Origin: the human T2T-CHM13v2.0 reference genome, Homo sapiens
Length of the DNA: 64,000 nucleotides
Assembly (NCBI RefSeq): GCF_009914755.1
Contig: NC_060925.1
Strand: one strand, 5' to 3'
The first letter of the stretch is position 1. Every line of letters starts with the position of its first letter. The position numbers and the translations under genes are program-made. This document shows positions 29,646 to 42,026 of this stretch, in pieces. The notes beneath the pieces are model-generated. The model worked only from the letters and a program-made list of their open reading frames with translations, was not told the origin of the DNA and ran no database searches.

Positions 29646-31730
29646 GTTCGTGAAATATAAATGCCTGATGCCACGATAACTCATGTCCTTTATTTGGAGA
29701 GAAAGTAGATAGAAAATAATTAAATATGAGTAATTCAGGCACAGCTTTTTGTAGCAAGTCCACAGGCATCGCAGGGCTGAGCCAAGTCCTGCTTTTAAAA
29801 AGCAGATATATCAGATCTGTCCAGATCCTTGGAACTTCTCTCCATTCATATTTGTGAGCACAAGAACTTACTGACCTTTGTTGCTTTCCATGATCATTCC
29901 CTTTTGTGAACCCAGAAAGTTGGCACCACAGGTACACAGATGATGTACATCTTCCTATAAAACCTTAATTTTATTATATATTTTTCTGCTTGCATTACTT
30001 CATAAAAAGAAGATGCAAAGTTAAGTGTATCCTTGCTGCATTCACAAAATAAGGTTTAGACTTATTGAAATATTTTCAATTAATCTACCAACCACAAGTA
30101 GATAAGATGAATATAATAGCAGCTACAGTAGCAGATTATTTGTTAGGTGATATGTTTATTATTAGAGGGTAACAGATATGGATAATGTACTTAACACAAT
30201 GCACTTTCACCTCCCTGGTTTTAAATTCTTGGTTCATACCCCAGTGTCTATTTCTACCCTTTGCTGATTTGGTGCCCCTTGACCATTCACCAGGCACACT
30301 GAACTTCACTTCCCTTCTATGATTTGTGACTCAGCTTATTCCTTTTGGCCCAGCAAATGCCACTGACCATCTCAGATGAAGGGTCCTGTTATGGCCACTA
30401 ACAGCTCACTTCCCACCCCTCTGCCTATTTCACCAGTGGTCCCATGAAAGGAGAGAGGGAGAACACTAGCCTGCAACCCATTTCTAAATGAGTGCAATAA
30501 AACCCTCCTTTGGTCATATCATTCTTTGTCACAAAAATTCTTCCATGATCCTTTAGCCTGATCTTCAAAATCTTTCAGAGTTGGGCTCCAAACTACTTTC
30601 CCAAACTAATTTCTCACTATTTCCTTAAATGAAAGTCCTCATTCATGTACATTCTCTGAATAATTTGCACAGAATTGTACCGTGGGCCTCCTGTATACTT
30701 GACATGTGGCAGGGGGCATACATACTTATTGCAAGTATGACTAATTGGTCTAAATGCACAGGAAATGTTGGCCTGGTTAAACCTGATTTATGTAACCCTG
30801 AACAATTTTCACCATATAGCTATATGGAAGATGTGAAAAATTACACCTAACCTGTTCTGACCCTATGGCATACCCTGGTTTTGATTTTTAAACCAAAATT
30901 CTGCAAAAGTCTGGCAAGAGCATATTTCCTACTTGTTTCGTTTCCTAAAAATGGAGTGCAGAATAGAAAGGAAGAGCTTTCTCATTATCTGCATATGCTG
31001 GTTGTTTGAATTCCAAGATAAACAAAAGTTTACTGTATTTCTAAATTCATCCTTTACTAGATTCCAGTAACTTGAGCTGTGTTATGAAGCCATCTATAAT
31101 TTTTTTGCCTCTAGGCTCTTTTGGCCTCTGGACAATACTGTTGCTTATCCTCTTAATTACCCTTGGCCAAGTAAAATGAGACAAGGCATGTTTTGTATAC
31201 TGTAAGAACATCCACTTCAAGTTAAATTCTTTACAGTCTGGTCTCACACTATTTTGTGTCATAGATACAAATACTTTAACCTTCATTCTCGAATGTCTGC
31301 CTTTTGGAAGGTCATAATAAATTACAAATACCAAAAAAGCGATTTCAGCATAGACATTTTTTATCAGTATATGGAGATATTCTATTGTCAAACAGATGTT
31401 TTACTATTAAACAGTCTGTGCAGTTCACAACAAAAACCAAGTTTTAGTGTAGGTTTTAAAAATATTTATTAAGTGAATGAATGAATAAAAATGGAAAGTA
31501 AGAAAATTATGCATTTCTAGTCAATAACAACTGTATTAAGTAGAGTTAGACATAGGTGAATTCATTTTATAAAAAATTAAAATATCCAGTAGAGTTAACT
31601 AAATGCATTCCATTTACTTTATAACTATTCTTTTCCCTTTTCTCTTTTCTAAAAATGAAAGTTGTATTTGAAAAATTTTGGCCTCCAGAATGTACATTAT
31701 CATATAAAATTTCAAATCTTACTTATTTCT

Positions 31731-31892
31731 TTTTTCTTTCTTTTTTTTTTTTTTTTTTTTTGAGATGGAGTCTCGCTCTGTTGCCCAGGCTGGCTCGGCT
31801 CACTGCAACCTCCACCTCCCAGGTTCAAGCGATTCTCACGCCTCAGCCTTCTGAGTAGCTGGGATTACAGGCGTGAGCCACCGTGCCCGTCC
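31731..31892 (-). mobile_element. Internally deleted (monomerised) Alu
   Basis: Right arm joined to left-arm 5' end at gctgggattacaggcgtg; perfect 18-bp TSD caaatcttacttatttct at 31713-31730 and 31893-31910. Confidence 0.92.
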
Positions 31893-32304
31893 CAAATCTT
31901 ACTTATTTCTGTACTGTGTTTTAAAATGTTTTTTATCACAGCATAATTATATTTGTTATTTTATTTCATTTTATAATCATCATGTATGCAAAGTGGGGTT
32001 GAGGCAGGGGAGGCATGTTGTTTCAACCTGAGTTCCTAAAATTGATGCTGTGACAATTCTTGGATGAAGCTTTCCTAGGCTAGTTTTGTCATGATAAAGG
32101 ACTGTCTTATTAAAGTCTCTCAATCCTTGCCTTTTTAGAAATCATAATCAAAGTTCCTTTAAAGTTTCTCTAAATTTTAGAAAAGCATTTCTATTATGTA
32201 TGAGGCTCTTTGAAGAAACCTATGATTCCAATAGCTTTTCACTTGAAATATTATTTCCAACTGTGCTAAATTTATAATAATTTCCAGCCCTTTTAATATA
32301 TCTA

Positions 32305-32520
32305 ACAGTTAACATTTATTCAGAGCCCTTACTCTATGTCAGATACTGTGTTTGGATTTTACACGAATTGTCTCACTTAATTCTCACAATAACCCTATTT
32401 GTGCCCATTATTCAAATAAAGAAACAGGAATCAAGGCAAAGCAAAGTGCTCATACAGAGAGCAAGTAGCAGGGCTAGGACTTGAAACCAGATCTGTCTGA
32501 TGCCAAAGCCTCTGGTCTTC
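32305..32520 (-). mobile_element. MIR
   Basis: aacatttatt..ttactctatgtcagatactgtg..ctcacttaattctcacaataaccct..ggacttgaaaccagatctgtctga. Confidence 0.75.
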
Positions 32521-33547
32521 TACAAAATTACGGTGAGGTCCCACCAGTAACACAGTCCCATTTAGGGGTATTTTAGAGAGGCAAAGCATGGAGTCAGGTT
32601 GATTCCTTTGGGATACCTTCCAGGTCTCAGTACGGATTAGTATTTGCCTGCTTGCCAGAGATGAATGAAAATTGTACAAGAGGAAAACAGGTTAGTAGCT
32701 ACTGCAATTCTGGGGTTATTGCACCGCAGTAGCTACCACGTCCTGGTATACGGCACCCTTGTTCTTTGGAAAGTGAGTTAAAAACAGCCATTCTTAATTA
32801 TGGGTTTAGATGAAAGAGAATATGAAGCCTGGAGAGCCATTTTAAATGGTTTTGAGCATGTGGGTGTGGGGATGACTGTTTAAGGAGAATTGTCCCCTTG
32901 CCCCCAAACCCCTCCAATCCTCTTCACCCCAAGAGGAGAAAATGTCTACTGCCCTACTATTCATGGAAGCATCTGGATTTTCCTTTTTACATGGTCCTTC
33001 ATGAATCAGACATCTCTGGGAATTTTTCAAAGTTAATTTGTTCCCAAAGGGAGTACAAGTGAATGGCATGCCTTCATATCCCGCTTTGCTGGTTTAAGCC
33101 AAGAATGATGTCTCTCAATAGCAGTGGGAGTTGAGTGTGTGGCTGAGTGCAGCACATGGTCCTTTAACTTTTATTAGAGTTCCATCCTGCAGACTGAGGT
33201 TGTCAGATGTCATCCTAAGTGTGTGTTTAATATTTCTGAGTTTTGAACTTTGACCTTAGTTTAATGTGGACAGGCCATATGCAGCTACTCGCTTTTAATC
33301 AATGACGACAACATTCCTCTGGTGTCAGGGTTCCAAGCCATACTCTGTAGGCATCAAATATTCCCAGAAAGAGTTCAGCATTTTCAGACTTAATTTTTTA
33401 AAGCCATCACTAATGGCTCTTGAAAAGAAAGATCAAACTAACATACTAAAGTAAAATTTCTGAGTATAAAATAACTTTTCAAAGGGTGTTTTGCAACACT
33501 CTGATCCAGTTCTTCCCCTAATGTTTGGTAGTATATATTTGCTTTAT

Positions 33548-33548
<1 letters not shown>

Positions 33549-33595
<47 letters not shown>
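33549..33595. repeat. (CA)n microsatellite, ~23 units
   Basis: Uninterrupted CA run. Confidence 0.97.
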
Positions 33596-33599
<4 letters not shown>

Positions 33600-33899
33600 C
33601 TTTTAGGAGCAAGTCTTTGGTTTCTCAGCCCATTCTCATTATTCCACCCCCATTGCTATGCTGAAGTTCACCAAAGACATTTGATCCAGATACTGCTGAA
33701 TACCAAGTTTTTTTTAGTTATATTGTTGTTAATCCAATGAAGTTCTTCATTCTCTTATTTATATAGAAAATTATACATAAATGCAGACCAAACATAGTGC
33801 CCCCTGCCATGGCAGGGCAGATGCTGCATAGATGCAGAGGATTTTTCCAAGGCTCCTTAAGGTCCCTAACAGGGAACACTGCTGCCAGTGACCATGTCT

Positions 33900-34500
33900 G
33901 CTCAGGTAGAATCTTGCTAAATTTGAGACACTTAACTCTATGCAGAGCTACAGCCATTTTATGCTTGGAATTTACATCACCATTCAGGAAGCGCCTACAC
34001 ACCTTTCTTTAAATAGTCTCTGGTCTTGGTTTCCATGTTAGCACACACTGCTGATTCTCCTTCTACTTTTTTGGCTATACTAAGTCTCTTATGTCAGTCT
34101 CTCATCCTCTAACCAACTAGTAAATGTTGGTATTCCTCAGAATTCTTTCCTAGGCCCTCTACTCTCTGTTCTCTTTAATATTTCCCTGAGGAAATATTAT
34201 CAATTCACATGGCTTTAGTTATCTATACACTGACAAATCCCAAAGTTATCTCTCTGGTGCAGATTAAGCTTGCGAGTTAACATATCTGAATATAGAACTG
34301 CCTATAGGACATTTCAATTTGGATGTCTCAAAGGCATCCCTAAACCACTGAGTATGTCCAAAACGGATAACTATTATTCTCTTAGAGAACAATCATATGG
34401 CTCCATTACACATCGAGTTACTCAAGTCATAAAGAACTGGGGGGAGGGGAGGGTTATGACTCTTACTTTCACCTCATTCACCACATCCAATCAATCATTC
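33900..34500 (-). mobile_element. L2 fragment
   Basis: cttggtttccatg..ttcctaggccctct..catggcttta..tgacaaatccca..ttggatgtctcaaaggcatc..acatccaatcaatca. Confidence 0.65.
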
Positions 34501-34539
34501 AGCTTCTTAGATGTGATTTATCATTGTCGTCATTTAGTA

Positions 34540-35650
34540 GAAAGAGTACCCTCAGCAACAGAGAGAAGTACCTGGTTCCTGGGATGGATATATCTCTATT
34601 ATAGATCATTCATTGCCAAACACTGAGCTGAAGAAAGACTATCAAATCTGGAATAAACACCCACCAGTGATAGTAGTTCACTGCCAGCTGCCCCAGCAAT
34701 AATGTCAGCTGCAGGTCATGTGCAGTTCTTGGCAATAACATTACCTTCACCCATTTCCCTCTCATGAACATTATGATACATGGAACTCTCCTTACCCTAA
34801 TTCTTACTCAGATTTCATGTTCCTAGAAAATACTCCAGTCCTTAGGACAGTTACTAATACCAGATGTTCTGTTTTTTTCCACCAGTCTTTGTAGGTTGAT
34901 TAATGTGAACCAGTAATGACAAATAGATCTGTATTGTGTTGATAAAATCCAGTTTCAAAACCCGCAAGACTGAGAGCCAGACCATGGGCTGTGGTAAATT
35001 TACCAAGATAATCTAACCTATAGAGCCTCTTGAAAGGTAGCCAACTGATTTTTGCCTGGAGTTACCCATGTGCTTTCTACTTGAAATATCTCTGAGGTCT
35101 TCTTGGGAAGATGCCTAAACCCCATGAAACAACACTATAGTTTTTTAAAAACTGCTCGATTTAGCATAAGACATGCACAGACTTCCTTTAGTGATACAGA
35201 TTGTTAGCAAAAATATGCTGGAATCTGGGGTAGCAGAGGGAGTTTCTTCATTAGCCATTCAGGGTACCTGGATCTGGTATTCCTCTTGCACTGGTCAATG
35301 TAATGGCTACACAGAGAATTAAGAATGTCGTTCTTCTCATGATAGCAACCTAAATACAAATTACTTTGTTCATCTAACATTTTATCCTTCCCAAAAAAGA
35401 GGACTAACCATCATTTGAAACATGTCTTTGAGGTCAGGTTTGTGACAAGTAATCTCAGAGATGACTCAATCCAAATATAGTTGCCTCTGGAACATGTAAT
35501 CCCTATCCAGTGTACTCCTCCATGACCATGACACTGAGTTGGGCTCACTGGAAGCATCCTGCTGGAGTCATTGCAGCATACACAAGAGGGGACTGGCTAC
35601 TCCTTATATGTGGTAGGCATTTTAAGGCTTCAAGAACTCTTCCTATGGTC
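34540..35650 (+). pseudogene. Highly decayed LTR-retroelement pol fragment (RT thumb and DDE integrase), ERV/Gypsy-like
   Basis: Manual translation: FLGWIYLYYRSFI; PLER*PTDFCLELP..SWEDA..KLLD..RLPLVIQ..TWIWYSSCTGQCNGYTE; TQEGTGYSLY..CGRH, in integrase motif order. Confidence 0.45.
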
Positions 35651-36399
35651 CATCTAGCAGAGGTCCAAACTGCTTTAGGAGCTGAGAAAGAGGAGCAATG
35701 AGACCAAAATAGAGGACTTCAGGGGGGAAGGACCATTTCCTGTGTGCAAGGGGAGAAGTTAGGGCTTTCCAAACAGAGCCAAGTCTTGAAGGCAAAAATG
35801 AGATTTGAGTAGACCAGTTCACAAAGGGTATAGGATTCAAATCAGGCTGCATGTAGGAATACAGTTCAAAGGAAGGGTTGATGCCAAATTGTGGAGTGCC
35901 TTGAAAGCCAGGAAGAAGAGTTTAATCTTGTCATAGTTGGAAAGAGGAAGCATCCTGGGGACAAGCTGAAGAATGGAGATCAAGAATAAGGATAACTAAC
36001 CAGGTAGCTATTGTAATAACCAGGGCCTGAAGATGTGAACTAAATTGGTTGCTGTAAGAAAGAGAGACATTCTGAAAGGAGAATTGCGTGATGGAAAATA
36101 ACCCAATCCATGATTATAACCAGCTATCACGCAGAAGAGATAGCGCAGGACCCAGCACAATGAATCTCTGGGTGGGGTCCATAAAGCACATTCATAAACA
36201 CCCTCATTGGGTTTCATTTCATTACACAAGCCTTGACTCAACTTTCTGGAACATTTTGCTGTTATCTTTCTGAACTGCATAACTTTTTGCAGAAGGGGAA
36301 ATATTTTTCAGCTTCTAGAAAACTATTGGCCCATATGGCAAGGAAATTACTCTGCCTCTTCTCTATCTTTTTATTCTTCCTATTTAATCAGTCACCAAG

Positions 36400-37505
36400 C
36401 CCTGCAGATCCCAAGCCATCGTTGTGTCTGCCCTCTTTTCTCCACCACTGCTGCTTCAGCTCTTATGGCCACACTTGGTTTCCTACTATAGATGTCTAGC
36501 AGCTCACTCACTCTCCAGTCTTGCCTCTCTCTGATCCATCCTTCACAGTTCTATCAGTGAACTGTAGTCTTTGCAAAACTCAAGTCTGATTATGTAAATC
36601 CCCACTTTAAAACATCCAGTGATGTCCTGCTGAATGCGTTTAGGAGGAAGTTCAATCTCTTCATCTTAACATACATGGGTCATCATGATTTGTCCCATAT
36701 GTTGCAGACAGATGTATTTTGCTTGGCCACATGGTATTTTAATCATTGGGAAAATTCACATAAAAATCTGTATTCTAGGCTTCCCTTGAAAAACAAAAAA
36801 AACAATCCATCATATCTGGGTCTGTATTCACAGTGGCAACTCAGGCTGGAGGGAGGAGCAGTCACTCATGGGGACAGCATATGTGCTCTCTGGTTTGTCA
36901 CAGTCTTCACTCTCCATGTTGTAATCTACCCAGCCTGCTTCGCTCATTGGCTTTATCTGTGTAGCCGCTGGAAGTATTTTTGGCCTGTGGATACCTTCAT
37001 ACTACTCCCTTTTACTTCTTCCCACACACCCTTAATTTATGGAACTACTTACAGCTCCTGCAACAGGTAATAGAGCTTCAAGACTGTGTGACTCTGTAAG
37101 TGTTGCTTCCTTTGTTTAGCCCATTCTGCCTTTACCCCATCCTTTACCTATCTAATACCAACTTTCTCTTCAAGGCTCAGTTCAAGGGCTGCTCATCTAA
37201 CTTCTCTTAGTTCCCAGGGTAATTTATTTGCCCCTTCCCTGTGGTTTTTTACCTTTATAATCTGATTTTTGTTGCCCCATCACCCCCTATGTCTGCCTTT
37301 TCGCAGTACAGTACCTATCATATAGTGCTGTAATTAATTATTAGTGGATTTTCCATACTAGACTATAAATTCCTTCCTATTTACTCACACCTGCTGTCTG
37401 TTTACCCACGTTCGCTACTTTATTATCTTCCTTGTCTTTGAAGATTTTTATTTCCATTGCTTACCATAGCATCTGCAATAAGAGCTCAATAAATGTTAAG
37501 TGAAC
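36400..37505 (-). mobile_element. L2 3' region, interrupted by a MER102-like element
   Basis: tctttgcaaaactcaagtctgattatg..cttcaaggctcagttcaagg..ccatactagactataa..gctcaataaatgtt. Confidence 0.7.
36700..36990. mobile_element. MER102-like hAT element
   Basis: cacataaaaatctg..ggcttcccttgaaaaa..ggcaactcaggctggag..tttgtcacagtcttcac..gcctgcttcgctcatt. Confidence 0.6.
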
Positions 37506-39804
37506 GTTGTTGGGAAAGTTTCTTTAAAGGCAATAGGCAAAACTAGAGAGTCTAAAGGAGAGTGTAAAGAAAGATGGAAAGAGGGTGAGAGCCAAACAAT
37601 AGGTTAATAGGTGAGAAGAAGAGGATCTGGGGAAGAAAACAAAGCAGGATGAATTTGGAAGATAATTTGGAGTATGTATGGGCTTGGAGGCAAAGGGAAG
37701 AGAGAGTTTCAATTTCCAAAGAAGGAATCCTCAGAACCATCAAGCACCCAAGAGAACCCAAGAATGGAGAGGCAGCATAGTATATTGGGTGTATCGAAAA
37801 AGCTCAGACTTTAAACAAATCAAAGTCCAGCCCTCAGTTCCTCCAGTTACTAGCCATGTGATTCTAGCAAGTTACCTAACTCAAGTTACTTAACTCCTTT
37901 GAGACTCACTTTCTAATTTGTCAAATGGAACCTACTCTGGCAGAAAGGGGATAGAGACAGGAAGTCAAAAACTGAGAGACTCATATTCATTGTAAAATGC
38001 TGTGCTCCACTGGCAGCCCACTATTAGTGTGTGGCAGAGGCATACTCTCCTTCATCTCCACAGAACACCATGTAACTCTGAAATCCTCAGCACTTCCGGC
38101 CATCAATGGTGCTAGCCAATGGAACTAATAGTGATGTCCAGCAGATGCTACCTATTAGGAGTGGCAGTGGAGGACAGTGATGACATCCACCAAAGCCCAA
38201 GGGAAAGCAATACTTGTGCCCACAATCTGCAGCAATTTGTCCATGACAGACACAGTGGTACCCAGCAAAGATGGTCAGTGGTTGAACCTGTCTGTGAATG
38301 CATGTGAAGTCCCTTCTGAGAACTCCCAGAAATATCGTGCAGAAAGGAGGGAGCTTTGAAGAGCTGATATCCTGTGTTAGTAGGTAAGAGCAAGCACCAG
38401 CAAAACTCAGGTTATAATACAATGGACAATTGTGAGGATTCAAGTAATACATGTAAAAGCACCTAGCAGAACACCTGGCACTTTATTGGGACCCAGATAA
38501 GATGCTTTGTCCTGCTGTTATTATTATGAGAAAAGTCAGTTGTGTATTATCACAAAGACCATGCTGTCTAATCTGTTTTCCACTGCCTTTAACAAGCACT
38601 GTTTTACCTTTTCTTTGCCTATGTTTATCTCATTCTGTTAATGAACAGATCAACCAAAAGACAAGGCTTTTTCCTCACACCTGCTGTTTACTCACATGTT
38701 TGCTACTTTATTATCTTTCTTGTCTTTAAAGAGAAAGAACTGACTTGATTCCAGTGTTGCCAAGTGTCAGAGAGGTCCAATAAAATGATTTTGCTTCACT
38801 CAGCCAATAAAACATATCTTCTGGTCTTATTTGCAATGGAAAATATGACATCTGTTCTAATTTCCCACTCTTTTTCCCCTAGGCAGAGTCTACTCTCTCC
38901 TGAGAATGTTCCCCAAAGTGTTTGAAATACTGGCAAGAGACATTTAATGAGGGCCCAATAAGATCTTCAATTTTCTTATCTCCTCACTAGGAACTGAAGT
39001 ATATTATCTAATTCACATATGTCCTGGAGGAATAATTGAGCTCCTGCATGTTTCTAATGTTTTCTAATGATAGAAACTGAAAGATAACAAGTTACAGGAA
39101 TACATATCTTTTTGAAAAACAGCTCATATCATTTTATATGCTCGTCTTGATAGCATTTTGATTGCAATTTCCATTATCCTGTTTCACTGTAAATATTATT
39201 TGTAACTTTGAAATATTTATCAACTTTGCCAAGTTCCCAAGTTCCTCAAAGCAACAATTAAATTTTATTTTTGAAATGTCATAAATTATAAAAAGAAATT
39301 ATTTCATAAAGCTCATGGGATCACTGAAATTTGTTTGAATAAGAGGTCTGCATAAATTTGACAGAAAGGGTCCATTTATTTTTCTATCAAAATTGACCTT
39401 TAAGTTTATTATAAAAGTAGAATGATACATTTAAAAGAGAAACTATAATGTCATGTATATGCAAAAAACTAATTTAAATTAACAAAAATTAAAAGAACTG
39501 CATTTTTTAATAATGCAGCTGAAAAACAGCATTTCCTACACGAAACTAAAGGTTTCCAATAAGGACAGCCAATGGATCCCTCTATGCTATGGTTTAAATC
39601 TTTGTGTTCCTCCAAAATTTATGTTGAAAATAAATCTCCAATGCAATAATGTTAAGAAGTGGGGCCTTTAGGAGATTATTAGGTCAACAGGGTTCTTACC
39701 TCGTGAATGAGATGAAGGCTCTTATAAGAGAGGCTTCACAGAGCATTTGCCCTTTTGCCTTTCCATTTATTCCACAATGTGAGAACACAGCATTTGTTCC
39801 CTTT

Positions 39805-41689
39805 TGTATTAGTCAGGGTTCTGTAGAGGGACAGAATTAAAAGGATATACAATATCCTTTATATATATAATATATATCATAAATACTATATATATCATAT
39901 AAATATTATATATTTATATGATATATAATATTATATAATATTATATATCATATATAATATTATATAATATTATATATGATATATAATATTATATAATATT
40001 ATATATCATATATAATATTATATAATATTATATATGATATATAATATATAATATTATATATGATATATATTATATATATTATATATGATATATATTATAT
40101 ATATTATATATGATATATAATATATATAATATTATATATGATATTATATATGATATATAATATATAAAATATTATATATGATATATAATATATATAATAT
40201 TATATATATTATATATAATATATCATATATAATATTCTAAATATATAATATTATATGATATATAAGATTATATACATTATATATAATATATAATATTATA
40301 TATGATATATAATATTATATACATTATATATAATATATAATGTATATAATATTATATATTATATATTTATATTATATACAATGTATATAATATTATATAT
40401 TATATATATTTATATTATATACAATGTATATAATATTATATATCATATATATTTATATTATATACAATGTATATAATATATATTATATATATTTATATTA
40501 TATACAATGTATACAATATTATATATTATATATTATATATTTATATTATATACAATGTATATATTATATATTATATATTTATATTATATACAATGTATAT
40601 ATTATATATTATATATTTATATTATATACAATGTATATATTATATATTATATATTTATATTATATACAATGTATATATTATATATTATATATTTATATTA
40701 TATACAATGTATATAATATTATATATTATATATTTATATTATATACAATGTATGTAATATTATATATTATATATTTATATTATATATAATGTATGTAATA
40801 TTATATATTATATATTTATATTATATATAATGTATGTAATATTATATATTATATATTTATATTATATATAATGTATGTAATATTATATATTATATATTTA
40901 TATTATATATAATGTATGTAATATTATATATTATATATTTATATTATATATAATGTATGTAATATTATATATTATATATTTATATTATATATAATGTATG
41001 TAATATTATATATTATATATTTATATTATATATAATGTATGTAATATTATATATTATATATTTATATTATATATAATGTATGTAATATTATATATTATAT
41101 ATTTATATTATATATAATGTATATAATATTATATATTATATATTTATATTGTATATAATATTATATATTATATATTTATATTGTATATAATATATATTAT
41201 ATATTTATATTGTATATAATATTATATATTATATATTTATATTATATATAATGTATATAATATTACATATTATATATATTTATATATATATATATAAAGG
41301 GGAGTTGATTAAGTATTAACTCACATGATCACAAGGTATCACTACAGGCTGTCTGCAAGCTGAGGAGCAAGGAAAGCCAGTCTGAGTCCCAGAACTAAAG
41401 AACTCAAGAGTCGGATGTTCAAGGGCAGGAAGAGTCCAGCACGGGAGAAAGATGTAGGCTGGGAGGCTAGGCCAGTCTCATCTCTTCATGTTTTCCTGCC
41501 TGCTTTATACTCTAGCCATGTTGGCAGCTGATTAGATGGTGCGCACCCAGATTAAAGGGCGAGTCTCCCTTTCCCAGACCACTGATTCAAATGTTAATCT
41601 CCTTTGGCAACACCCTCACAGAAACACCCAGGATCAATACTTTGCATCTTTCAATCCAAGCAAGCTGACACTCAGTATTAACCATCAGA
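39805..41689 (-). mobile_element. MLT2A1-type 3' LTR, with expanded AT repeat
   Basis: tgtattagtcagggtt..agagggacagaa ... gacactcagtattaaccatc; PPT-like aaggggtggact (minus strand) adjacent at 41691-41702. Confidence 0.93.
39845..41296. repeat. ~1.45-kb AT-rich micro/minisatellite with 38- and 41-bp higher-order units
   Basis: Period 38 (caatgtatat at 40591 and 40629) and period 41 (aatgtatgtaat at 40747 and 40788). Confidence 0.95.
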
Positions 41690-42026
41690 AGTCCACCCCT
41701 TGTCAACTGGAACCTATACACAACTCCTGAGATCATATATAATCTTCAAATAAAGGCAATAATAAGGTCATAATTATACCTAACATAATACAACTATCCT
41801 TCATGCAACCAGAAATGCACCAATCCCCAACCCAAATACTATTACATAAAGTTAACAATGCTTAAATACTGATATGAAGTCAATAAATCTTATGTCACAT
41901 GATAAAGGAAATAAAATGAAGATATTTTCTTAATACAAGTATATACATGCACAAACATGTTTTAACAAAAGAAGGAGGAAATACTTATGACAGTTACAGT
42001 CCTCGTTTCTGCATCTGGTCACGTGG

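Noticed and set aside
30326-30336. AP-1/ARE-like tgactcagc
   Set aside because: A single 9-mer is not unexpected in 64 kb.
40424-40789. Ile/Tyr-rich ORFs (also 49303-49624)
   Set aside because: Translations of AT microsatellites.
40540-41130. Regular 38/41-bp repeats resembling a CRISPR array
   Set aside because: No unique spacers, no cas genes, eukaryotic context; it is a VNTR.
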